Below, one piece after another: positions 17,303 through 26,328 of a stretch of 64,000 nucleotides of DNA. Every line of letters begins with the position of its first letter. The first letter of the stretch is position 1. This DNA is from Candidatus Magasanikiibacteriota bacterium (GTDB lineage: Bacteria > Patescibacteriota > Patescibacteriia > Magasanikbacterales > GWA2-37-8). The stretch lies in NCBI GenBank assembly GCA_026396515.1, contig JAPLWQ010000001.1, positions 64,564 through 128,563 of the forward strand, given 5' to 3'. The position numbers and the translations under genes were made by a program. The notes beneath the pieces are model-generated. The model was given only the letters and a program-made list of their open reading frames with translations, searched no databases and was not told the origin of the DNA.

Positions 17303-18158
17303 ACACTTTACCGAGCGGGGTCTAACTAAAGCAATCGCAGAAATAAAACGCAGAGATAATCGTGGTTACAATACGATTATCAAATCAATGATTGCTCAAA
17401 TCAGGTTGTTCCGCAAAAAAGCAAGCCCTGCGGCCAAATTATTGGTCGGCGTATCGGGCGGAATTGACTCTGCCGTAGTTGCATTTCTTGCCAAGAAAGC
17501 CGTCGGTTCAGATAGAGTAATTCTTGTCTATTTACCGGCGGAAAAAAATGATGAAGGGATGCAATATTTTCCGATCCTAAAGAAGTTTCTAAATGTTAAG
17601 GATATTTCTTTGATTTCCGTAGAAGAAGTTGCCAAAGGCATAGAAAAAATTATTCAAAGTTATACAAAACGTAAATTAGATCCGATTACAAAAGGTAATA
17701 TTGCTTCAAGAGTGAGGATAAATATCATGTATGCTATTGCGAAAGAAAAAAATGCACTGGTGCTCGGTACATCCAACCGCACGGAATTTGTTCAAGGTTA
17801 CGCTACTAAATATGGCACTCCTATGTCCTGCGATTTGGGGATTTTAGATGAATTGTACAAAACCGATGTATTGGAGATCGCGTCTAAAATTGGTGTGCCA
17901 ATAGAAATTCTACGCAGAGCTCCTACAACCGGATTTTATGTTGGACAAACGCACGAGAAAGAACTTGGTGCGACGCTGTTGGAGCAGGATGCTGCTGCTT
18001 ATTTATTGTTTGAAAAGAAAATGTCAAATAATGCGATATGTCTTAAATATGGTGTTTCTAAAAAATATCTATTTGATTTCATTAAGAAATACGAAAATAG
18101 TTCTCATAAAAGAATGTTGCAGTCTGCGCATATAATTTTAGGGCACATAAAAAAATGA
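17289..18158 (+). CDS. nadE: NH3-dependent NAD+ synthetase
   Basis: VGVSGGIDSAV, GNIASRVR, GTSNRTE, GYATKYG, LYKTDV, GQTHEKELG. Confidence 0.9.
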   Translation: MKKNKHFTERGLTKAIAEIKRRDNRGYNTIIKSMIAQIRLFRKKASPAAKLLVGVSGGIDSAVVAFLAKKAVGSDRVILVYLPAEKNDEGMQYFPILKKFLNVKDISLISVEEVAKGIEKIIQSYTKRKLDPITKGNIASRVRINIMYAIAKEKNALVLGTSNRTEFVQGYATKYGTPMSCDLGILDELYKTDVLEIASKIGVPIEILRRAPTTGFYVGQTHEKELGATLLEQDAAAYLLFEKKMSNNAICLKYGVSKKYLFDFIKKYENSSHKRMLQSAHIILGHIKK

Positions 18159-19258
18159 AAGACCTCAGAGGTTATAAAAGAGCACTGGTAATAGGTGCTG
18201 GCAGTGGGGGAGATATGCTAACCTCCCTTTTAGTTGTCGGTAAATTAAGGGCCGAGAAAATTGAAGTTGATCTGGCAGGTTTTTTAACTCCATGGTCTTT
18301 GCATTATTTTAATGGCAAACTTGAAAAGCCGATTAATAGATTGATTGGCCAAAAGGCCAAAAAATTTATTCCGACAAAAGAAAAACATAAACTGCCTTTT
18401 TTTGAACCGTATTTGTTCAAAATTAACGGAAACAATGCTTTGGGTATTGGCAAAATGTATCTTTTTTCTCTTCAATACGGGACCAACAAACTTAAACGAG
18501 GTGTGCAGAAAATCGTAAGCGCGAATAAATACGATTTAATAATCGCCGTTGATGTGGGCGGAGACGTATTGGCGAGAAAGGCGGATATCGGTACGGTGAT
18601 TACACCGATTGTTGATTTTTCTTGTATAAATATTCTGAATGATATTAAAACAAGAGCAAAAAAATATTTGGCGGTTATTTCTCCCGGGGTTGACGGGGAG
18701 TTGAGCAAACAGTCCCTAAAAGAGATAATATATGGATATAAGAATAAAGGACAAATATTCCAAACAGAAATATTAAAAAAAGAGGATCAAACAAATTATA
18801 TATTTCTGGATACCTTAGAAAAAATTAACAAACGTACGCGTTATTACAGTCATACTACAGAAATGATAAAAAAGATTTTACTGAGCAAAGCGACTAACAA
18901 GGAACGGTATGTTAAGACATTAAAAGTTCATGATAAAAAGTGGCCGATAAAGTATTCTGTTTCGTTAGATCCCGGCCTCTCAAATAAGATTTATTATTTT
19001 GAATTGGAAAAAATATGTAACAAGATGCCCGTTAGGCCGGACTACGTGAATATTCTTCAAGCTTTCAAATTATTTAAAAAAGCTGGTGTAGGTGGTACAG
19101 AAGTTGATCTAACTTATATCCCAGGAAAAATTAGAAATGAAAAATATACAAACTGTATATTTATTCAAAATATTATTTATCGCGCTTCGTGCAAGCAAAG
19201 GGAGGAAATAAATGAGTATATTTCAAAGCATGTTCCCGAAAAGAATTTATTGAGGTAG
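18155..19258 (+). CDS. DUF1152-like protein
   Basis: IGAGSGGD, IAVDVGGDVL and PGVDGEL motifs; ATGA overlap with nadE. Confidence 0.7.
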   Translation: MKDLRGYKRALVIGAGSGGDMLTSLLVVGKLRAEKIEVDLAGFLTPWSLHYFNGKLEKPINRLIGQKAKKFIPTKEKHKLPFFEPYLFKINGNNALGIGKMYLFSLQYGTNKLKRGVQKIVSANKYDLIIAVDVGGDVLARKADIGTVITPIVDFSCINILNDIKTRAKKYLAVISPGVDGELSKQSLKEIIYGYKNKGQIFQTEILKKEDQTNYIFLDTLEKINKRTRYYSHTTEMIKKILLSKATNKERYVKTLKVHDKKWPIKYSVSLDPGLSNKIYYFELEKICNKMPVRPDYVNILQAFKLFKKAGVGGTEVDLTYIPGKIRNEKYTNCIFIQNIIYRASCKQREEINEYISKHVPEKNLLR

Positions 19259-19282
19259 GGTATTTGTTATTCGATAAAGACT

Positions 19283-19450
19283 AAAAAACAACGGCATCTC
19301 TGCCGTTATTTTAGTACATATATATTATACCACTTTCTGTAGACCACTGTATTGAGAATTCAAACCCTTTGGTAGGGGATTTGAGGCGGTGGATGGAGGT
19401 AATACCCTTGCTTAATACCCTGTAGGTGGTTCACAATGTTCACAAGTTCA
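19283..19450. repeat. Repeat A copy 6 (long)
   Basis: Full unit ending GTTCACAATGTTCACAAGTTCA. Confidence 0.92.
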
Positions 19451-19471
19451 ACGGGAAGTTGGATATTTTTG

Positions 19472-20737
19472 TCACTTTGCTTTTTTATATCCCTTATAAC
19501 GGAACGCCCGTCTGAAACCAGATCTTTCCGCCTTTTCAACAGTGTCACAATAAAACTCACCTTTGTGCGGCTCAATTTTAACTTTATCATACTGTTGGTC
19601 AAACGGCAGGTGGTATATCTTTTCACCGCCTACCGTGGAGACATTGCACTTTATGCATGGATAGTTGTTGTCCATTTTAAAATTTTCTTTCAATTCAATT
19701 CCTAATTCATGAGCAAATCTCCGCGCTAAGTCCGATAAGTTTGTCGAAGTGTAAAAAATTGCTTTGACATTTAAATTGGGATTTCCGTCTTTATATTGGA
19801 ATACTGTTCCAAAGAATTGAAATATATGCTTTTCATATATGGTTCGAAATTGTGACCAGTATTTGCATTGAATGACTATGAGATCCTCGCCTCTTTTACA
19901 AATGAGGTCACGCCCCAAGTCTTCAAGTCCGTGGAGTATTCCATGATAATTGACATCATACCCTTTTTGCTCATAAATATAGCCGATATAACGCTCATAA
20001 ATTCTTCCAATCAACCATTTTGCTTTTGGCCTTTTCCAGAAGCGGTCTAACGCCATTTGGTTTCGTTCAACGCTTGGCAACTTCCTATATTCTTCTTTTG
20101 TTAAAAATAGGGTAGCCGGGTCTTGCTTTTCTTCTTCATCATACTCACGGTATTTTTCCAAGTCTTCAATGTCTGAGACATCATCTCGTAGATCAACGAG
20201 AAAAGGGGCTATTGATTCATAGTATTCAATTACACCTCGTGTGACTTTCTGGTTGAACTCAGCTTCGCGCCTACGTCTGGCTTCCTCTTTAACAACTTGG
20301 GCGGCTGAGTAAGCCGGATGACTCTTTGTCGTCAGGTGATGGGATAAGTTATCATCTCTCAATTTCTCATATTCCTGGATGCTTAATATTAAGCTTGGAA
20401 AGCCAGATGTCTTCTCCAACATTGTATGTTTCCATAAGCTCGCTTCATCAGTTGCTTGTTTAACCACTTCTTCGCATTGCTTTTTGAATTTAGTATTCTC
20501 TTCATTAATTTTCCTCATTTTTTCATCATATTCTTCGGCAACACTTCGGTATACCATAAAATTTGCCGTTACGAATGATAGTATCGCCGTTACAGATACG
20601 AAATTAATTTTTTCTTCAAATAAAGCTGAAATAATAATCCCGGGTAAGACAAGAAAAAAGTAACTGCCTACAAAATACAGGAGTATTTTTTTAATATATT
20701 GTATGAGATGTTTCATATTGTCTATGGTTTTTCGCAC
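19472..20737 (-). CDS. Membrane-anchored Mrr-like restriction endonuclease
   Basis: Two N-terminal TMs; YERY...DLGRDLI...IQCKYW; C-terminal IYHLPFDQQYD...AE..GFRRA. Confidence 0.8.
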   Translation of the reverse strand: MRKTIDNMKHLIQYIKKILLYFVGSYFFLVLPGIIISALFEEKINFVSVTAILSFVTANFMVYRSVAEEYDEKMRKINEENTKFKKQCEEVVKQATDEASLWKHTMLEKTSGFPSLILSIQEYEKLRDDNLSHHLTTKSHPAYSAAQVVKEEARRRREAEFNQKVTRGVIEYYESIAPFLVDLRDDVSDIEDLEKYREYDEEEKQDPATLFLTKEEYRKLPSVERNQMALDRFWKRPKAKWLIGRIYERYIGYIYEQKGYDVNYHGILHGLEDLGRDLICKRGEDLIVIQCKYWSQFRTIYEKHIFQFFGTVFQYKDGNPNLNVKAIFYTSTNLSDLARRFAHELGIELKENFKMDNNYPCIKCNVSTVGGEKIYHLPFDQQYDKVKIEPHKGEFYCDTVEKAERSGFRRAFRYKGYKKAK

Positions 20738-20850
20738 TTATTGTAAGTCTTCGCATACCTCCACCTGCTTTTCATATTCCTACTCGACCTTATCAAAATC
20801 ATCACCCCATTTTTCATTGCCGCCGCTACAATGTCTGGGTATTCAATCTG
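20738..20850 (-). pseudogene. Possible gene remnant
   Basis: Reads EKWGDDFDKVE*EYEKQVEVCEDLQ* with an internal stop, in the same orientation as its neighbours. Confidence 0.3.
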
Positions 20851-20864
20851 AGCTGTCAAAATTT

Positions 20865-21971
20865 TTAACTGAAAAACTTTTCTATTATCTTTAAGTCGTG
20901 TCCGTCAATCAATATTATATCGTTTTTTTGTGCCAGTGCCTTTGCCGATGGCGTGAATACAGAATTAGTGATTACACAGCCGCTGTCTCCTTGGTAATAT
21001 TTTATTGCCCCGACGACTTCTTGAACCGATTTATTGCCGACTGACCCGGAGTATCTTTTAGCTTGAATAATTATCTTTTTGCCGTTCTTTTTTGCGATCA
21101 AATCAGCACCCTGATCACCAGTTGCTTGCGTTCCAGTTACTTCATACCCGAGTTCCGTAATTTTTTTAGCTAGTAAAGTTTCAAACTCAACCCCCGTCAT
21201 TTTATTTATTAAATCGGTATCAATATTTGATTTTTTTTGTTTTTGTTTTGCATGATAGGTTTTAAACTCCTTCTGCAATGACTCGCTCAATAACTTGACT
21301 TCGTCCGGAGTAAAAAACGCAAATTTTTTTCTTTTTTTTATATCTTCATCAGACCAGTATTCCTTTTTTAATATTTTATCAGTTAAAACATCAATTTGTT
21401 TTGGCAACTCTTCCCAATGTTCATCTCCATAATCATCGATTACCGAGACCTTTCTCTCGGTTATTTCAAAAAATTGCTGGATAAGATCTGAATATTTATT
21501 CCGCAAATTTTCATATTTATTATTTATCTCTCGCTCCTCCTTTTCTGCCGCTTTTTTTCTAAGTTGATCATATCTGGCTCTAAACCTTTTTAGCAAGGAG
21601 TCCTTTAAATTTAGGTATTCAGCATTAGCTCTACTAGTCCAATTTGATAAATACTCGTGGCCGGGTGCCATTTGAAAATATCCCTCAGCAGTTGCTATTT
21701 CATCTATGCAATCTCTTACAGAGTTTTCAATATAGTAAGATCGATGATAACCGGCTCTGAGCTTTTCAATATGCTCCTGGATAATATCGTCATTTCTTTT
21801 CTCAAGCGAAAGGCCTTTGTCAATTACTCTATCGCCAAATTTTTCCTTTATCTCGTCCTGTTTCAGGATATTTTTTTCTTTTGTCGATTTCTGATTTAAA
21901 AAATATTCAGCAATCTTTGCGATTATCCAAATTGGGATGCCGACTACTAATAACAAAATTATAATCTCCAT
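20865..21971 (-). CDS. Membrane-anchored Mrr-like restriction endonuclease
   Basis: N-terminal TM; MTGVEFE...TGDQGADLI...IQAKRY...VGNKSVQEV...VITNS.FT. Confidence 0.88.
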   Translation of the reverse strand: MEIIILLLVVGIPIWIIAKIAEYFLNQKSTKEKNILKQDEIKEKFGDRVIDKGLSLEKRNDDIIQEHIEKLRAGYHRSYYIENSVRDCIDEIATAEGYFQMAPGHEYLSNWTSRANAEYLNLKDSLLKRFRARYDQLRKKAAEKEEREINNKYENLRNKYSDLIQQFFEITERKVSVIDDYGDEHWEELPKQIDVLTDKILKKEYWSDEDIKKRKKFAFFTPDEVKLLSESLQKEFKTYHAKQKQKKSNIDTDLINKMTGVEFETLLAKKITELGYEVTGTQATGDQGADLIAKKNGKKIIIQAKRYSGSVGNKSVQEVVGAIKYYQGDSGCVITNSVFTPSAKALAQKNDIILIDGHDLKIIEKFFS

Positions 21972-21973
21972 AC

Positions 21974-22360
21974 TTATTCAAACAAGCCATTAATAAATCT
22001 TCTTATAACACCACGAAAATCTGAATCAGCTTTCTCTTCTTTCAGCGCGTCGTGATGCGATCTGGCGACTGCGGCGAGAGCATCAGCCACTTGGTTGAGA
22101 TGACTTTCAATAATATAATTAGGTATATGAATCGTATCATAATCCTTCCGGTGAACTGAATAGTAAGTCCTTCTGAAATCTTTTTTTATTTCCTCCGGGT
22201 TCGTATAATGCTGTAAGCCATCGATCTCAATATCTATCTGCGCCCAAGGAATAGAAATATCGATATGCTTATGTTCATCCCACGCTTCCAGTTCGCAATA
22301 AATTTTCCTTTCCCTCAAGGCGTTGTATAAACTGACAGCTTGAGGTGTTGGTTGAGACAT
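21974..22360 (-). CDS. DUF559/Vsr-like endonuclease domain protein
   Basis: HIDISI...IEIDGLQHY...D..R pattern. Confidence 0.7.
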   Translation of the reverse strand: MSQPTPQAVSLYNALRERKIYCELEAWDEHKHIDISIPWAQIDIEIDGLQHYTNPEEIKKDFRRTYYSVHRKDYDTIHIPNYIIESHLNQVADALAAVARSHHDALKEEKADSDFRGVIRRFINGLFE

Positions 22361-22384
22361 ACTAAGGGGGGTCACTATTATTTT

Positions 22385-23530
22385 TTAGAAACTTACTGTT
22401 TGGTCTAAATTCATCTTTGCTCTTTCTTCCATTTTTCTTTCAAATTCTTCAGCCGTATTAATTTGAACGTTGCCAGTAGGCGCTTGAGCTTGCTGGTTAC
22501 TATTTATCCTATTGATAATACTAATAACAAACTGTTTTGTTGGCTCATCAACGATTTTGCGAGTATGTGCGTTAAATAATCTTTGCATTGTTGCGTCATA
22601 TTCGTTTTTGGGTGTTTCAGGCAAAGAACCATATACAGTTTTGACCGTTGTCCCAAAATAAATGTTTGTATAAACTTCCGCAAAATCTTCAGTCGGTGAC
22701 TGTTCCCAAGAACTATTGATTCTTGGTGTTGCCGTTGGAATTTTTCTTAATTGATAGTATTGCTTCCAATCGCTATCGGTCAAAGTATAGCCAAGATGAT
22801 GCCCGAGTTCATGTGCTAAAACTTCTCGCAGAGCAGATATATTTATAGCGCCACCTTTATTGCCAAATGCAGCCGCAACTTGTGCCTCTTGGGTGCTATA
22901 AGTGATTTTTGTTTTGTTGATGTAAATAAGCGAAAAATCTTGAACATTTTGAGTGTATATTCCGCCGCCCTCCATAAAATCCGGGCTAAAATTACCTACT
23001 TTAATATCGCCAGCCGGGGTATGCATGTAAGGATTCGGGGTAACCGCCAAAGTGTTGACGATAATTATGGCTAAATCATTGAGTAGGGATTTCGGAAAAC
23101 TCCCCTTATACAATACTTGTGTTGTTTCGTTCTTTAACCCCTCAGAAAGATTTGTTTGCCCTTCAGTCTCAATTTCTCCAATATAGAATTGATAGCCGAC
23201 ATTGTTTACCTGTTCAAGGTTTATGATTCTTTTTGGGGTCTCTGTAATAGTTTTTGTCTCTGAGGTTGATGTAGTAGACTGCGCTGTGTAAAATCTTGTT
23301 GCTATATTTTTCGCCTGGGTTTCAACAATTCTCTTAGCCGCGTTTATATCGCCTTTGATATATGTCCAAATGCTAAATTTAATCTGACCTATAGTAAGGA
23401 GATAGAAAGCTATCGCTAAAGAGGTCGACAAAATTATTACCCAAATTGAAACTTTGGTTATCGTCTTCTGGGATATTTTTCTATTATAAAATTTTTCTGG
23501 CTTCGTAGCTTGAGGAGTCGGCTCAGGCAT
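22385..23530 (-). CDS. Membrane-anchored zinc metallopeptidase
   Basis: N-terminal TM; LAHELGHH and a downstream EDFAE. Confidence 0.75.
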   Translation of the reverse strand: MPEPTPQATKPEKFYNRKISQKTITKVSIWVIILSTSLAIAFYLLTIGQIKFSIWTYIKGDINAAKRIVETQAKNIATRFYTAQSTTSTSETKTITETPKRIINLEQVNNVGYQFYIGEIETEGQTNLSEGLKNETTQVLYKGSFPKSLLNDLAIIIVNTLAVTPNPYMHTPAGDIKVGNFSPDFMEGGGIYTQNVQDFSLIYINKTKITYSTQEAQVAAAFGNKGGAINISALREVLAHELGHHLGYTLTDSDWKQYYQLRKIPTATPRINSSWEQSPTEDFAEVYTNIYFGTTVKTVYGSLPETPKNEYDATMQRLFNAHTRKIVDEPTKQFVISIINRINSNQQAQAPTGNVQINTAEEFERKMEERAKMNLDQTVSF

Positions 23531-23561
23531 ATTACTTAAGTTTATTTTCTACTAACTTCTA

Positions 23562-23969
23562 CTAAAAAGTTTTTTCAAATTCACCCTCGTAGCACAACAT
23601 GGTTTGCGAAAAATATTCAATGTTATCAGGATATAAAGCGTCGCATTCTTTATGCGATTTAGGCAATGATTCTTTATATCTTATATAACACTCATCTCCC
23701 TCTGCATCATAACGCCATCCACGAACATTACTCCACTTGGAATCCTCTGTCTTATAAATATTCAAACAATCGTTTCTTCTTTCAGACGCGTATTCTTTCT
23801 TATCTTGCTCCGCCTTTGCCTCTTGCTGTTTCTGCTCCACTGCTAAGTCCAACTTCTGCTGTCTTTCGATAGACTCTTGCTTATTTATCTGAATCGCATA
23901 GAAAAATCCCCCCAAAATAATACATCCTACCACGATTGAAATTGGCAATAGTAATTTACTTTTATCCAT
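23562..23969 (-). CDS. Single-TM hypothetical protein
   Basis: LLLPISIVVGCIILGGFFY, coiled coil, four Cys. Confidence 0.7.
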   Translation of the reverse strand: MDKSKLLLPISIVVGCIILGGFFYAIQINKQESIERQQKLDLAVEQKQQEAKAEQDKKEYASERRNDCLNIYKTEDSKWSNVRGWRYDAEGDECYIRYKESLPKSHKECDALYPDNIEYFSQTMLCYEGEFEKTF

Positions 23970-23987
23970 ATTACTTATATACATTTA

Positions 23988-24320
23988 TTATTTCTTAGGG
24001 AATACTCCGGTATAACTATCACCAAAATCATCAGTGCAGTTTACTTTGAAATCGTAAGCGGAGCTGATGTCCTCGATTTTTATTATATGGCTTTGAAGTG
24101 ATTTGGCGTGAGTTGTTTCCGAATTTGGAATGTTTCCACTACCACCAGCCCAAGTCCACATGCAGGTTGATTCGTCGCCAGACGGCACGCTTAAAGAATA
24201 TCCGCTTTGGCCATCATAATAATCTGAAACCTTCACGGTCTTAACCGCCATCAGTTTGCTCTGGCACCCAGCACCTAAGAAGATGAGAGCGATGGGTAAT
24301 AGCAGTAAATATTTTTTCAT
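23988..24320 (-). CDS. Putative lipoprotein
   Basis: Signal MKKYLLLLPIALIFLGAGC. Confidence 0.75.
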   Translation of the reverse strand: MKKYLLLLPIALIFLGAGCQSKLMAVKTVKVSDYYDGQSGYSLSVPSGDESTCMWTWAGGSGNIPNSETTHAKSLQSHIIKIEDISSAYDFKVNCTDDFGDSYTGVFPKK

Positions 24321-24321
24321 A

Positions 24322-24735
24322 TTATTCACCAAAAATTTCTTCTATAGTTCCCCCGAATTTTGTAATAGGCGACCCATATTTTTCATTATATTCGTCATCT
24401 CCAATATTAACAGAATCAATGGTCTGGCCTGTATAGACATCAATAATAACTCTGCTTGTCAAATCATATCCGGCGGGGACCGTAAAATCTCTATGATAGA
24501 GCATAAAACAAGAATTTCTGTTTTTAGAAAACTCATATCGGTCTAAATGCAGTGAGCCGGTTTCATATCCCTCTTTAATTTCCTCAAACTTTTTAGTCGC
24601 TGCCTCAAAACACTTTTGTTTATTTTCCAACTCGTCAATTCTTTTCTGCTGCTCTTGGATCGTGTCTGTTTGGTTTGCACACCCTGCCCCTAAAAAGATG
24701 AGAGCGACTGGCAGAAGAAATAATAATTTTTTCAT
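24322..24735 (-). CDS. Putative lipoprotein
   Basis: Signal MKKLLFLLPVALIFLGAGC. Confidence 0.75.
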   Translation of the reverse strand: MKKLLFLLPVALIFLGAGCANQTDTIQEQQKRIDELENKQKCFEAATKKFEEIKEGYETGSLHLDRYEFSKNRNSCFMLYHRDFTVPAGYDLTSRVIIDVYTGQTIDSVNIGDDEYNEKYGSPITKFGGTIEEIFGE

Positions 24736-24744
24736 AATATATTT

Positions 24745-25023
24745 TTAATAGCCATCTAATTCAAGACCTTTTAAGAATATAGCATCTTCCTGTTCGTCTT
24801 CATTCATTTTATCTAATTCAGCATCCCATTTTTGGCCTTCAGGAGTATTGAGATAGGCCGCAAATTTGTCGATTCGTTCTTTAGTATCGTCAGGGGCAGA
24901 TTCCGAAGGTTTTTTGTCATTTTTATAAGATACGCCTTTTTGGTCAAGAACTTTCTTTATGTCTGACAGAATTTCTTTTTTTGTCTTACCGCCTGTTGGA
25001 ATCATCGCTAATAGTTTTTTCAT
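24745..25023 (-). CDS. Hypothetical protein
   Basis: ATG at 25023, tightly packed in the operon. Confidence 0.6.
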   Translation of the reverse strand: MKKLLAMIPTGGKTKKEILSDIKKVLDQKGVSYKNDKKPSESAPDDTKERIDKFAAYLNTPEGQKWDAELDKMNEDEQEDAIFLKGLELDGY

Positions 25024-25024
25024 A

Positions 25025-25516
25025 TTATTTTTCTTCAAAATGAGTCCACTCACTTTCTGGCATTGATCGGATAAATTTACCGACTTCATTTAACTGGTTG
25101 TTGTCAGCTGCCCATTGAATATGCTCCTTTAATCTTAGCTGCTTTTCTAAAGGCGTTGTTTCTTCCCACGCGGCGAGTATCAAAGGAAGTGAAGGATTCC
25201 ATCCGCCGTCAGATTTTTGTTTCGTATTTTTAAGCATTCCAAATAAATCGTTCCATTTTGATGGATTGGGGCATACCCTGTTGTCATCCGTGCAATATTG
25301 CCACAGCGTATCAAATGTTTCTTTATCTTTTTTAATTTTTTGCTCTGCAATAACATTTTTATTAAGATTGGCAACTAAAAAATCGGCAGTCCTGTCAAAA
25401 CTTGCCTCCAGCTCCGGGGTCATCAAAGCTTTCTCTCGGGCCACTATCTCAGCAAGCTTTTTGTTCTCCTTTTCCTCTTCAAGTTCAAGTTTAGTTATTG
25501 TCTTTAGTTTTTTCAT
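25025..25516 (-). CDS. Hypothetical protein
   Basis: C-terminal RVCP.P..W...PLILAAW...HI.WA domain; ATGA overlap with the upstream gene. Confidence 0.7.
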   Translation of the reverse strand: MKKLKTITKLELEEEKENKKLAEIVAREKALMTPELEASFDRTADFLVANLNKNVIAEQKIKKDKETFDTLWQYCTDDNRVCPNPSKWNDLFGMLKNTKQKSDGGWNPSLPLILAAWEETTPLEKQLRLKEHIQWAADNNQLNEVGKFIRSMPESEWTHFEEK

Positions 25517-26067
25517 ATAATTTTTTTGATAATATTTAAAACGCTCTTCCTTAAATTCTTCCAGTCAGATTTGACCCCGCCATTTTTTTGCAGCCAATCA
25601 CCCTCAAGTTTTTTAAGTGGGATTCTTTTCATTTTGCCGAGTGATTTTTCCGGCACCACAAAGAATATCCATTGCTCCGGAATCCTCTGGTCACATCGCT
25701 CACCGCCTATGCCGTGCCAAGCAAAAATATAAATTTCGCAAAATCTGCCATAGCCCTCGATTTTTTCCTTGGGGTGATCACGAAGAATGTAGTCTGGTCT
25801 ATTCTTTGCTTCGACAGAAAAAGCGTGCGATGGCTTTTTCTTTGGAGTCCATAATTGGCGAGCAGCGGACTGCTTAACCTGAATTCGTATTCTTTTTTCG
25901 CGAACCCTTCCTTCAAAATCCCAGAGATGCCAGCCGGATCCGACCGGTTTCCATAATTTTCCAAGAGCTGAAGCGACTAGTTGCTCGGCATAGTTTCCCC
26001 GGTCGCTGTTGTTCATTATCGGTTGGTTATACAGCCGATCTGCGAGACCACTGATAATTTTTTTCAT
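25513..26067 (-). CDS. PD-(D/E)xK-like nuclease fold protein
   Basis: RG..AE..V...WD......IQVKQSA...W.FFVVP. Confidence 0.65.
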   Translation of the reverse strand: MKKIISGLADRLYNQPIMNNSDRGNYAEQLVASALGKLWKPVGSGWHLWDFEGRVREKRIRIQVKQSAARQLWTPKKKPSHAFSVEAKNRPDYILRDHPKEKIEGYGRFCEIYIFAWHGIGGERCDQRIPEQWIFFVVPEKSLGKMKRIPLKKLEGDWLQKNGGVKSDWKNLRKSVLNIIKKII

Positions 26068-26328
26068 AATAAATTTAAAAACCCGCCGAACATAAAAGGC
26101 GGGTGTGTTTATTAGTGATTATGGCTAATACTGTTCATAAATAAGCCAAAAATTTGACCATGGCTATATTATACCAAAATCAAGCTGTTTTGTCCGTATA
26201 AACAAAACGCCCACTGAGGAGGGATCCTTGGTGGGGCTTTGTGCTCATATTATTGAGCACAAGGTATTATAGCAGAATACTTGACTTTTAGCCATATCTT
26301 GCTAATGTAAGCGTATATTTAGATAAAC

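Noticed and set aside
10519-19450. CRISPR array or classical integron
   Set aside because: Spacing is gene-sized and irregular. No cas gene or tyrosine integrase is present, and I saw no RYYYAAC/GTTRRRY attC ends.
11053-19626. Short ORFs sharing VN(I/V)VN.LQGIK (11053-11250, 15602-15784, 19360-19626) and the ORF at 12986-13186
   Set aside because: They are translations through repeat A. They overlap real genes or promoters and lack consistent starts.
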